A DNA stretch of 64,000 bases from Macrostomum lignano. Lineage: Eukaryota. Shown piece by piece: positions 11,115 to 22,675 of this stretch. The notes below the pieces were generated by a model. That model did no database searches. It worked only from the letters and a program-made list of their open reading frames with translations, and had not been told where the DNA came from. Numbering within the stretch: position 1 is the stretch's first letter; the number at the start of each line of letters is the position of its first letter. The stretch is taken from assembly GCA_002269645.1 (NCBI GenBank), contig NIVC01002956.1:64603-128602 (forward strand). Direction: 5' to 3'. The translations under genes and the position numbers were made by a program.

Positions 11115-11709
11115 GTGCGTAATATAATCATTATTATTAATCGTTACTATTCGTTATCATCAGTCTAATTATCTGCGCCGCGAAATTGCTTGAATCCTGT
11201 AACTTGAGTAATCAAATTAAATCGTCTAGCCAATTATCAGTTGTATCATATAGGATTATCACTCTCTAAATCTTTTGGTTTGTGTTCCCTCGTGTTCTTT
11301 CTTTTCTTGTACTGTACCTGCGGCTATTGGAGAAAGACTGGTAGGACTCGCCGACCGGCGATAGGCGATTAGGATTAATAGCTTTAAAATCTCCAAACGC
11401 TCCAAGTAGGTTTGTCTAGGGCCTAAATAATTGCTTACCGTGCATGCTATTATCTAATTGCCTATTTATCACAGCGTGCTGGTTTAGGGATAGCGACAAG
11501 CACCAGGTGAGCAGTTGCGACGTGTAAATTCGGGCATACACTGTGTACCTGCGGGCTGCCATAGACGCATATTGACTCGGAATCGGGATAAGGAGCAGTC
11601 GTGTATTAGCGGGCAGTTGTGTATTAGCGAGCAGCTGTGTTAGGGCCATATACTACTCAGCATATAGCCATTCTATCCTTTAATAACTCGACAGGCCAAG
11701 CACCGAAAG

Positions 11710-12270
11710 ATGGAATCCGCCGCCGCCGCAGCCAAAGCAACACCAGCGTCTGCCGACCCGCCGCCAAACGAGGCGTCCGCCATCTCCGCCGCCACTGGCA
11801 TCGACGCTGCCACCGCTGCTGCCGAAAAGAAGAAACGCGGCTCCCTGTCCGCGCCATTCAGACCCGATTCGCCAGCCGTGCTGCAGCTAAGAGTGCTGAG
11901 ATCGCTATACTACGACCCTTCGACAGGTGTTCACGATCAAAACATCGACGGCTTTGAGGAGAAGTGGAAAGCAATCGCCGACCTGGTACTATCAAGCTTT
12001 GAGAAGATGGCGAAAGTACCATATTCGGCCTCCACAGCCGTGGACGGTGAAAATTACGACTGCAGCGATGACCAAGATGCCGCAGCGACTCTTCCGCCGC
12101 CGCCGCCGCCGCCGCCGCCGCAGCCAATAGCTGAGGCTTCTGCATGCTCGGAGTCGCCGACTACTCAGCCGCAGCCTCCAAGAGACTTTCTATTCTGTCT
12201 GGCTGACCCAAATGCCGCCGCAGACGCTCTACGCCAGACTAGTAGCAGCATCGGCACGGTCGCTGATTAA
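11710..12270 (+). CDS. Orphan ORF, 186 aa
   Basis: ATG in good context after a probable 5'UTR intron (CAG|GTGAGC at ~11507, CAG acceptor at ~11695); coding-like GC composition; no recognised domain. Confidence 0.55.
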   Translation: MESAAAAAKATPASADPPPNEASAISAATGIDAATAAAEKKKRGSLSAPFRPDSPAVLQLRVLRSLYYDPSTGVHDQNIDGFEEKWKAIADLVLSSFEKMAKVPYSASTAVDGENYDCSDDQDAAATLPPPPPPPPPQPIAEASACSESPTTQPQPPRDFLFCLADPNAAADALRQTSSSIGTVAD

Positions 12271-12274
12271 ATGT

Positions 12275-12680
12275 ATGCGCTTTATTATTCTCTACATCGA
12301 AGACGATCCCGGGCATCGCCTGCTGGTTATTCGGCGTCTTCGCCTACCAGCCGATATCGCCGACAATCTGGAGGAGCGCTGTTTGCTATTTAAAAAGCGC
12401 CTGCGAGTGCTCCGGATGCAACACGACTTTTATCGTAAGCTTGACGCCCCTGAACACCACGCGAAAAAGCAGAAAAAGCTGCTGACCAGCGAAGAATGGC
12501 GCCTCGTGCTTGCCGACTACAGCAAGCTCGTAGAGCAATTCGGTTACGGCGGTAGCAGTTCTCGTGCTCGACTACTGGGGAGCGCCGCAGACCAAGTCGT
12601 TAGGGCTGCTGCAGACGAAATTGGCGATGCCGCCGCCGCCGCCGCCGCCGCCGCAGCCGACGATGACGCAAATGCTTCAG

Positions 12681-12714
<34 letters not shown>

Positions 12715-15700
12715 TAGCGGTAACACCAGCGCAGACGACGGCGAGGACACCGACGACGATGCTTTGTCCGCGTCGCAGCAGTCGATGATCCAGCTGCGCA
12801 ATAGATTTGCTCTCCACGCCACTGTGCATCATCCGATACCAACACTAGAGGAGAGGAGCTTCTGGCCCTCATCTCTAACACAAACCTCATGCTCTGCAAC
12901 CGCGGCAGCACTCCTACCTTTAATAATGGCAGATGGACCGAGGTCCTCGACGCCACACTCGTTACCCCAAGACTCTTTGACAGAGTTGAGGAGTGGAGAG
13001 TCTGGTCTGAGGAGCCCTCCCTGTCTGACCACTGCTTTATCGCCTTTAACATCGCGGATACTAAAACCCAGTCTCCGATCACTTGGAGACGCAATATCCG
13101 CAACACTGATTGGGCGGCCTACAAGGCTGCCCTTGATCTGCACCTGCAGGAACTCACGGACTTACGTCCGATTGAGACCTGCGAGGATGTGGATCATATG
13201 GCTGAGACGCTGACAGGTTGCATTATTGCAGCCTACGAAGCGGCTTGTCCTGCTCGCGCCTACAAAGGCAAGACCTCGGCGCCGTGGTGGAACCCGGACC
13301 TGGGGAAACTCAGGCGGAAGGCCAAAAGCCTTCATCGCCGTGTCATGAAGACCGGAAACCCGGAGGACATGGAGCTTTTCCGGCAAGCCTCCCGCAATTT
13401 CAAATCTGAAGTGCGCAAGGCCAAGGAATGTAAGTGGCGCCAATTCTGCAATGAATTGGATCAAGACAGACCTACTTCTAGGCTTGTCAAGGCCCTTACA
13501 ATGGACAAAATGTCCAAATTAGCCATGATAAAAAAGATGATGGCTCTCTTACTAAAGACCCTGAAGAAGTGCTTCAGCATATGCTTAGCACATTCTTCCC
13601 GAGGGTACCTACTGCTAGACCGGAGTCCAACCATTCGATGGATGGAGCCACCCTAGCGGCGGGCATTGTCACTGAAGACCTAATCGCTCGTGCGGTCAGA
13701 ACCTTCAAACCCTTCAAATCTCCTGGACCTGATGGTATCTACCCTGTTCTCCTTCGTGAAGCAGCCAAGATACCCTCGTTCCTGAGACTCACCCGCAATC
13801 TTATGCGGGCCTCTATCCAGCTGGGATACGTTCCCAAATGCTGGACTGAAGCTCGGGTAGTCTTTATTCCCAAACCTGGGAAGGGTGACTACCAAAGCGT
13901 CAAGGCCTTCCGGCCTATTAGCTTAACGTCAGCAATGCTTAAGCTCACTGAGAGGCTTATTCTCTGGCGGCTGCTCTCCTGCGAGCTGACAGCGATGCCC
14001 CTCAGCAATAATCAGCACGCCTTCCGTACCGGGAGGTCGACTGACAGCGCCCTGCATGCGATTGTCGAGAAGATTGAACGGGCGGTACTGGGTGACGGTT
14101 ACGCCCTGGCTCTCTTTCTTGACATTGTTGGCGCCTTCGACAACGTTATCTTTGAAGCGTTTCAGAGGCCCTTCAAAATCGCAAAGCTCATGCTACCCTC
14201 ATACGGTGGATCATGTACATGATCTCCAACCGTACGGTCACTGCCCAACTTCTTGGGCAAACTGCCTCCACAGAGTCTGTAAGGGTGGACCCCAAGGCGG
14301 AGTCCTCACCCCGACGCTCTGGAACCTGGTCATGGACGCTCTTCTGAGTGACTCCCGACCCGACCCCGTCTTCAAAGTCGGGTATGCTGATGACGTCACG
14401 GCCATTGTGGCAGGACCGTCTCCCAGCACGCTCAGGGATCTGATGCAGAGCTTTATCCGCAAAGCAGAATCCTGGGCCAATGACAATGGTCTGGAACTCT
14501 CTGAGCCCAAAACCGTTGCCATTATGTTTACCAGCAGACTACGCTGGAACATACGTCCTCTGCAGCTCTACGGCAGAGATATTGCCTTCGCGCACCAGAC
14601 CAGATGTCTCGGGGTCACACTTGACCACCGGCTCAACTGGTCCTACCACGTGAAAGCAAAAGCCAAGCGTGCCTCAGCCATCCTGGCCCAGCTCCGACGA
14701 GCACTTGGCACTTCTTGGGGTCTATCCCCAAAGCGGCTTTGGTGGATCTATACTTCCGTAGTTAGACCTGCCATTACGTACGCCTCGGTTGTCTGGGTTA
14801 GCGCTACCCAGGTCAAAAGCCATGCAGACCTGCTCAACACGATCCAAGGCAGAGCGTGTAGGCTCATCTGCAACGCCACCAGGTCCACGCCCTTTGCTGG
14901 CATGGGGGCCTTCCTTAATCTACCGCCTCTTGACCTCTTCGTCAGGGGTGAGGCGGCTAGAACGACGCGGCGTCTAATTGATGCCGGCGTCAAATTCATT
15001 TACATGAGAGCACCTGCTAAGCGGAACCTTGTCCCGCATAGCGACCTGAGCCTCAACTTTCTCAACGAGTGTCAGGCCAATCGCGTCTTCACCGATCGCA
15101 TTGCCTCAACGCTCAACCTGAGACAGCGCTACTCCGTAGCTATCGACTCGCGCGATAACATCAATGACCAATGGAACCTTGGTGAGCTTCATTGTTACAC
15201 CGACGGTTCTAAGCAGTCAGCCAACACCGGCTTTGGTGTTGGAATCTTTCTGAACGGGAAGGTCATCGCTACCCACGCTCAATACACTGGGGTCAACTCC
15301 AGTGATTTTCAAAATGAAGTTCTGGCCATCAGCTCCTGCACTGCAGAGCTTCTCGCCACTGGCGTTACTGGTAAGAACATCATTTTCCATTCGGACAGCC
15401 AAGCCGCCTTGCACGCCATCAGTGGCTGCAGTACCAACTCTGCAACAGTCCTCGACTGTATCAAACTCCTCAACGTGTTGGGTTCCACCAACAAAATTAC
15501 CCTTAAGTGGGTTCCGGGGCATGTGGGGATCCGAGGAAATGAGTTGGCTGACACCCTTGCAAAAGTTGGTGCCTCCGGCTCCTCTCTCGGTCCCGAACCC
15601 CTTGTCCCGATTCCTGGCTGTGTCATCGACTCGCGCATCAAAGCGTGGATCAGGACCCAGCACCGCTCGACTTGGGCGAACTGCACTACCTGCAGGCAAT

Positions 15701-16450
15701 CCAGAGGCGCTGTCCCTCAGCCCTCTCACCAGCTCCGGAAGCTCCTCTTGCGCCTCTCGCGCAGAGACATCCGGGCTGCCACCATGAACCTCTCTGGTCA
15801 CGGCTGCTTCTCCAGGCACCAGCACCTGCAGGGCAACGCCACCAACGCCACCTGTAGTTTCTGCAACTCAGGTGACGAAACCGCTGAGCATTTCGTCAGC
15901 ATCTGTCCCGCCTTCACGCGGGCCAGACTCACTTACCTCGGGCCACACACATCTATTACTGAAGCGTGCAAACCCGAAAACTTTAATCAGCTCATGCGCT
16001 ACCTTCGGGCCACCCGCAGGGCTGAACTCTCCTTTCCAGAGAGCACTATAGCTGCTGGCGACACTGGGGGACCTCCCTGGGCGGCGCCAACCCTCCGTCC
16101 ATAGCGACGCGTCGGCTGTTCAGGGACTAGCGGAATGGGCGCCCGCGCCTTCCCGCTGTGTCCCCTCCGGGACAGCCCTGCAGCTGCAGCGTCCTCTGCC
16201 TGCCGACGTCCTTTGTTAACCTGCTGCTCAAGTGGCGACACAGCGCGGGCTTCGGCGCCAGCCCAGATGGCGGCGACGTTTTTGTGTTTTGCACACGAAA
16301 CGGAACCAAAATGTCGTTCCGTTGCAGTGTTGGGTCGCCACGGCGTCGGTCCAAACGTGTTCCGCAGCTCAACACAGGACGTTGTCATGTCCAACAACCC
16401 GGACCTAATAAATTAGATGGCGTCACTGTATGAGACATCGCCGGCAATGA
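12275..16450 (+). CDS. Orphan ORF interrupted by a LINE
   Basis: MRFIILYIEDDPGHRLL...SMIQLRN; removing the LINE and one TAGAT copy restores ...QLRNRWRHCMRHRRQ* (TGA 16448-16450). Starts 4 nt after the stop of the previous ORF. Confidence 0.55.
12807..16413 (+). mobile_element. 5'-truncated LOA/R1-like LINE (APE C-terminus, RT, RNase H, CCHC) with two frameshifts
   Basis: TPTFNNGRWTEVLD, SPGPDG, FRPISLTS, QHAFRTGRST, FLDIVGAFD, GPQGGVLTP, GYADD, WGLSPKRLWWIYTSVVRP, YTDGSK, WVPGHVGIRGNELAD, CSFCNSGDETAEHFVSIC. TAA-type tail; TSD TAGAT at 12802-12806 and 16414-16418. Confidence 0.93.
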
Positions 16451-16644
16451 TCATGCGGCACTACGCGTCGAACGCTCTGTTGGCATCTCGCTCCGACATG
16501 CAAGCCGTCGTCCAGGGTATGATTGAGCAGCGGGCCTCAACATCGGTAGCATCGCTGCGGCGCCAGCGGCTGTGGACGAGGCGCCGCCGAATGCTGCTGA
16601 ACCTTGGCAGCAGCAAAGCCGGGAAAGACGGCAGCGAAAAATAG
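16417..16644 (+). CDS. Short orphan ORF (75 aa) overlapping both neighbours
   Basis: MASLYETSPAMIMRHY...; Arg-rich; overlaps the restored end of the upstream ORF by 34 nt. Confidence 0.35.
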   Translation: MASLYETSPAMIMRHYASNALLASRSDMQAVVQGMIEQRASTSVASLRRQRLWTRRRRMLLNLGSSKAGKDGSEK

Positions 16645-16933
16645 CGCCGGCAGTGGTGGCGACGGCGGCGCTTACAGCCCATCGCAGCCGATTACGTCAA
16701 CAGAGCGACAGCTCCAGGAGGCCACTAAACGAAAGGCGCTAGTGATGCCGCCGCAACTCACATCTAAACGGAAAGCTGCGGCCAACGCGACGTGCACCTT
16801 GATGCGACTGGACGACAACGACTATGATGACGCGGCGGAGAGCAGCATGGCGGCTACTGCAGCGACGTCTGACGTCAGAGTCAGATGCAGCGGCCGTAAG
16901 AGAGTTAAATTGTGCACGCCAGCTTCTGTTTGA
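16604..16933 (+). CDS. Short orphan ORF (109 aa) with NLS-like basic motifs
   Basis: KRKA twice and RKRVK; acidic DDNDYDD; overlaps the previous ORF by 41 nt. Confidence 0.4.
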   Translation: MAAAKPGKTAAKNSAGSGGDGGAYSPSQPITSTERQLQEATKRKALVMPPQLTSKRKAAANATCTLMRLDDNDYDDAAESSMAATAATSDVRVRCSGRKRVKLCTPASV

Positions 16934-17380
16934 GACATAGCTACTTTGTGCATGTAGCGGCATAGGGAACTGTTTATATATTAGCTCTATATGCCATATA
17001 GATACTAGCTACTTTTGATTGAGTACCTACTAATCAGTCCGCAGCGCGACCCCTTCGCTAGCCTGTAAGCCAAATGTTAACGAACTAAAATACTAGCATT
17101 GGTGTATTATAGCACTCAGATATGAAAAGAAATAGCTGACTCGAAAGTGCCAAGCACAATTTCGAGTGCTTGCTTGCTAGCAATTATTCCATCTATGTAT
17201 TACATTAAATTGCGTGTACGAGTTACTTGTGCTTATTCATGTACATAGGTAGCACTATTTCGGAATTGTTCTAGGCACATTTCCTATTAAATTATATTAA
17301 TTGGAATGAAAACTCTGCAATTGTTTCTATGATATGGCTGGCTGCTGCCGCCGCCGCCGCCGTCCGTGTTTTATCTTTTA

Positions 17381-18630
17381 GGGAGAAGTGCCTAACATAA
17401 TTTCGAAATAGTGCTACCTGTGTCAATCATATTTATATATATTTATTATTAATGTTTCCGCTTCGCTTGTTCAAGTATATAAAATGGTTTCATTATCTAC
17501 TAGCTAACCAATCGTTGTTTTATCTGTTGTTGTTTGCTGCATCCCTATTTTTACAATTTACTATTCTTTAGGATTAATGTCAGAAGCTAAACAGGCCAGT
17601 ATATTTATCTTACCCTCTCTATACACCTTTATATATACACTGCCCGCTTATACACACTGTTTATTGTTTTTAATGAACATCATAAAGTTAGGCCAGTACA
17701 GTTGCCTAACTCCGCAAATACACTGTGTCTGTCCGATTATACACGGCTTTAACAAGTGTATAGACAATTTTTTTGTTTGATCGACTGTTGCGGCGAATCG
17801 GCATCCATCGCTGGCAGTGGATCTTTACCGAAGCTGGCCATGGCAAGGGTGCTGCTGACGGTGTGGGAGCGGCCATTAAGCGGCGGTGCGACAACCGGGT
17901 GTCCACAGGTGAGCAGAGGCAGGTGGTCACGGTGCAGGACATGATGGAGGCGATGATGATCGGTGGCAGTGACGAAGAGAAGAAGATTTTGCTTTTCGAG
18001 GTTACAACCAGTGACATCGAAGAGTTTGGAAATGTGCTGCAGATGGTGAACCTGTCTACGATGCCGGGCATTGCCAACTGCCACCACGTCTGCCGAGTTG
18101 ATGAAAACGGCATCTTGTATCGGGAGCTGGCCTGTCTCTGCACAGAAGCTACTGATTGCTGTCGGTGCCACAACGCAAAGCTGTGGCAACCACTGGCTTT
18201 GCCACCGATGCCGAGACAGACAGTGCTGTCGGTGAAAGATGCAGTTGGTGCTGCAGGGTGTTCAACTGGAAAACGTGTCAGGGGTCGAGAACGAGGTCGT
18301 GATCATAGTAAGTCGGGGGCTGATGTCGAGCGCTGCAGTTCTACCATCTGTATTCAACCTGCAAGTTCGAGAATCCAGTGGATTCAATGTGATGGCTGTG
18401 ATGCTTGGCATCATTGTGAATGTGCTGGCTTTCCACCAAATAGCAACCTGCCACAAAACTATTATTGCTCACCTGATTGCGCCTTCGACATCACACAGGC
18501 TGAGATGAGGGAACTTTGAATATTAACGAACTCAACTCACATGGGAATCAATTTTTAGTTTTCAATGCTATTTATTTTATTACGAGCGAAGCATCGATCC
18601 AGTGACTTAGGTTATTAGGCAGTTTTTCTT
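17381..18630 (+). mobile_element. Internally deleted DNA transposon: Sola2-like transposase C-terminal half with PHD finger
   Basis: ORF 17773-18519 has WIFTEAGHGKGAADGVGAAIKR, RELACLC and PHD C..C...WIQCDGCDAWHHCEC...YYCSPDC; a degenerate LSD motif lies upstream. TIR-like GGGAGAAGTGCCTAACATAATTTCGAAATAGTGCTACC at 17381. Superfamily assignment is from memory of the HGK..D motif. Confidence 0.6.
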
Positions 18631-19034
18631 TGACTTGGGCTTGAAAGACACCACTTGGTTTTTAATGAAGACACCACACGTAAATTTTTAAAACTTTATG
18701 CATCACACACTAACTGTAATCGGAAAGGTCTTAATCTCTTCCGGTACTTGAAAACCGCACCGAACTGGATAACATGCATGGGCGGGTGGGGAGAAAAACG
18801 ATTTTGGAATCAATGTGACAGCAATGCGATGTACATGAAAGATCAGAGCAGACAAGGGGTGAAGAGGAGGGAAAGAAATTGTCTTCAACCAGTCTGCAGT
18901 CAGTCAGTTTGTCCTCCAGTCGGGGCAGTACAGAAGCTCAGCGCTTACGGTCTCACAAAAAACTAAGTCTGGTATTGGGTTATACCGGTAGATCCCAGTC
19001 AGCCGGCCGTCTGTTGTGACCACAGCTGACCTCC

Positions 19035-19320
19035 TTAACCCTCTATGGATATGCCATTGCAGTGAGGTCAAGGTCCACATGCTAAAGCACGCGCCCCTTA
19101 GTGTTTACAGATCCATGCTAAAGAAAGTCACGGCTACAAGGAAGCACCCAAAGAAACTCCTATCTATAACTACGGCAAAAATTTTGGGGGTGTAGGCATC
19201 AAACAGTTCTAAGACCCTACAGTGCTTCATGTACAGTTTATAAGTTATCCAAGACGACCGGCTTCACTACGCGAGATGCCCCAAATGCCAAATTCTCACA
19301 TAAAAAAATCTAAAACAATG
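19035..19320 (+). pseudogene. Degenerate piggyBac remnant
   Basis: Starts TTAACCC; decayed frames give IYNYGKNFGGV and PYSASCTVYKLSKTTGF, resembling the piggyBac YN..MGGVD..DQ..PY...RK..KW.KK.F segment. Confidence 0.4.
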
Positions 19321-21935
19321 TAGGAGTCAAAAACACACAATACTTAAAATATAATTTATAGCATATAATCAAAATAGCTACTGTAGTCTTCTATGCATAG
19401 AGTGGATCGATTCCTGGATCTCGTGCAGGTCTTTTGAAGGACAGTCAATCAATTCATATAGTGTATTATTGATGCTGAAGTAAACTTAATTTTCTGGATT
19501 CTCTTTAAAACCTGTCTTCAAATCTGAAGTGAAATAAAGCTCATTATATTAGCTCCATATTAAATAAGCTAACGAAGTACTTTTAATGTCTTTTTGAAGC
19601 ATCTAAATAATATATATATGAATATTCAATGTCTATTGAAGCTATGCACAGACTTCTCAGAAGTGTCGAAGTCCTAATAGGTACTTTCAAATCAGTGGTT
19701 TGTTTCATACTTTTGTATCAAGGAATTGGATTTGAATATGTGCTTCATTTTACAAATAAGATTCTTTCCACTGATGTTTGTTAATTTTTCATCTTTAAAT
19801 TTAGCTTATTAAAACTAAATGGCGAATGGTTGAACTTCAAAGAAATTTTTTTAATTATTTGCATACAAAAAATTTCCAATTTTATATCGACTTGTTCCAT
19901 TCATTTCATTTACATCCATTCTTGTTTCATTTACATATTCTGAATTTTTAAGAACTTGAAGACAAACAGGTTAACAAGACTGATGTAAAAGAATTTTTTT
20001 CTTCGAAGTTAAAAACGTGTGGTGTAACTATTTTTAAATAGTAAAACAAAAGCGAATACAACTATTAAAGTTGTTTACCTTTGTAACTTGAAAAAAAATA
20101 AATGGACAGATATATTACTTTTTAATGTTTTATATGCAATTTAATCAGATATTCTAAAACAACGACATAGTCGTTTATAGACCCTTAAGTCTTAACAGTA
20201 AAATAAACAAACACGCCTTTTTATTGAATATTCAAGGATTTTGTGGTTTAATAAACCTATATCTGTTGTGGTGCCAGAAATGAAAATTTTAAAGCCAAAA
20301 AAGTAATATTTTATGCTGTATATATTTTTTTTCATAAATTCCAGCCAAGATTTGAGAACTACCCATTTACCCCCCGTTTAACGTTCAATTCAAATAGTAC
20401 ATGTAGTCTATCCTCGAGCCAAGATGATGTGGTGACTGGACTATAACAAACAATTTAGCTGCTGGTGCATGCTCAAGTGTTAATTCGTTCACTCGTTTCA
20501 TATTTTAGACTTCACTCTACTATTCTACAAATAGAAAGAATCGAATTGAAGCAGAAAAATAATTTAACGAAAGATTGTATAAGCTCAAGCCAGTATTGTT
20601 TTTTCTGAACTTGAAAAGTAGCTCATATTAAATTTAAATATAGCTCGTTCTCGTACGCGGAAATTACGAATAATTTGCGCAGCTCAAACATACTAATACT
20701 AAATAATAGTAGTAGTAAGATACTTACCTATCGGAAGAACACGGCCTAAGTTTCAATAGAAACTCGATTTCTCAGGCTGCGCTCCGAGAGTCGGGTGGGG
20801 CTTTATTATCTAAACAGACCAGACCCCCAATTCAGTCAACCCCCAAGCCCCAACCCCTGCAGACGGCCCCGACGGATCACAGCCAATCAAAGAAGCGGAC
20901 GGGGTTAATTTAAACAACACGGTTTGGCTTTGGGTGAAATTTAATCGATAAAGCGAGTGAGAGGGCTCAACAATAAAACTTAAATTAAGAGCTTCTTACT
21001 CTTGTTTTTTCACACCCCGAGCCAGCTGATTTGTAATTATTTGTCTGGCCCCCATTGGAATGGAAATAGAATGGGCCTTCACTAAAACTCGAAGTGGTAA
21101 ACAAAACCAGCATAGCATAACCAGCCACAGCAGCCAAGCCCAGATAAGACTTTTCTAGCGCTTGCCTGAAAATTTCTGACTGCAATTTGCAACCAGTTTT
21201 TGTGAAACACTTCCGATTGCGAATTTGCATTGCCTCCCGATGAGCTATCAAGATTAAGAGGCACTACTTCCAGTAGTTATTGTCGTGAATGTGCTTTATA
21301 AAATATGCTTCTTTGCTAAAAGCTTATTACTAATCAATTATTGGCTTGAGTTGAATGGGAATTGGGAACGCATGAAAATGGAAAGTTAAAGCAAATTTAG
21401 TTTCGCCTATTAAATAAAATTCAAGTAAAAATTACTATCAGGAGAGAAACGCTGACAATCCGTAATGGTAGCTAAACTCAACGCAAAGCTTGCAGCGGAA
21501 AATTTTGAACAGGCCAGTTAAAACGCAACAAATAATAAGCCGGATTAATTTTCAAATTATAATAAATCCGGAACTAACAAAGCTTTGCTGAATTTTCTAA
21601 ATTCCCTCGATTTTTTTATTTAGTTCGTAACTGCGTAGTTGCTGCAATAATCTCTCAATGCGGAACGAAACCTTATTGCATTTAGACTAGAGGAATTTCC
21701 GGGGTTTAAATTTAACTTGTCTGATAAAATAATCACTTACGAGCGTACTTGCAGTTCCACTGATGCGATACATGGCTATAACCCTATTAAATTTGCACTT
21801 CCGGTGAATTCCTATGTGATCGAAGTGTCGCAGTTTAATTTTTAACCCCTTATTTTGTAAATTTAGGACTACAAATTTCTACTTCAAGCCAAGGGGAGCA
21901 ACAAAATTCTATGGATGGGGAATTGCCCAGTTCTC

Positions 21936-22675
21936 GACAGGGGATTGCTAACTTCTAGACAGGGGATTGCTAACTTCTAGACAGGGGATTGCTAACTTCT
22001 AGACAGGGGATTGCCAACTTCTAGACAGGGGAGTGCCAACTTCTAGACAGGGGATTGCTAACTTCTAGACAGGGGAGTGCCAACTTCTAGACAGGGGAGT
22101 GCCAACTTCTAGACAGGGGATTGCCAACTTCTAGACAGGGGAGTGCTAACTTCTAGACAGGGGATTGCTAACTTCTAGACAGAGGAGTGCCAACTTCTAG
22201 ACAGGGGAGTGCCAACTTCTAGACAGGGGATTGCCAACTTCTAGACAGGGGAGTGCCAACTTCTAGACAGGGGATTGCCAACTTCTAGACAGGGGAGTGC
22301 CAACTTCTAGACAGGGGAGTGCCAACTTCTAGACAGGGGAGTGCCAACTTCTAGACAGGGGAGTGCCAACTTCTAGACAGGGGATTGCCAACTTCTAGAC
22401 AGGGAGTGCCAACTTCTAGACAGGGGAGTGCCAACTTCTAGACAGAGGAGTGCCAACTTCTAGACAGGGGAGTGCCAACTTCTAGACAGAGGAGTGCCAA
22501 CTTCTAGACAGGGGAGTGCCAACTTCTAGACAGGGAGTGCCAACTTCTAGACAGGGGAGTGCCAACTTCTAGACAGGGAGTGCCAACTTCTAGACAGAGG
22601 AGTGCCAACTTCTAGACAGGGGAGTGCCAACTTCTAGACAGGGAGTGCCAACTTCTAGACAGGGGAGTGCCAACT
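21936..22675. repeat. 22-bp minisatellite (GACAGGGGA(T/G)TGC(T/C)AACTTCTA)n, ~33 copies
   Basis: Direct tandem periodicity. Confidence 0.95.

Noticed and set aside
19380-20010. Decayed AT-rich minus-strand reading frame
   Set aside because: Many stops and no recognisable motif, so it could not be assigned.
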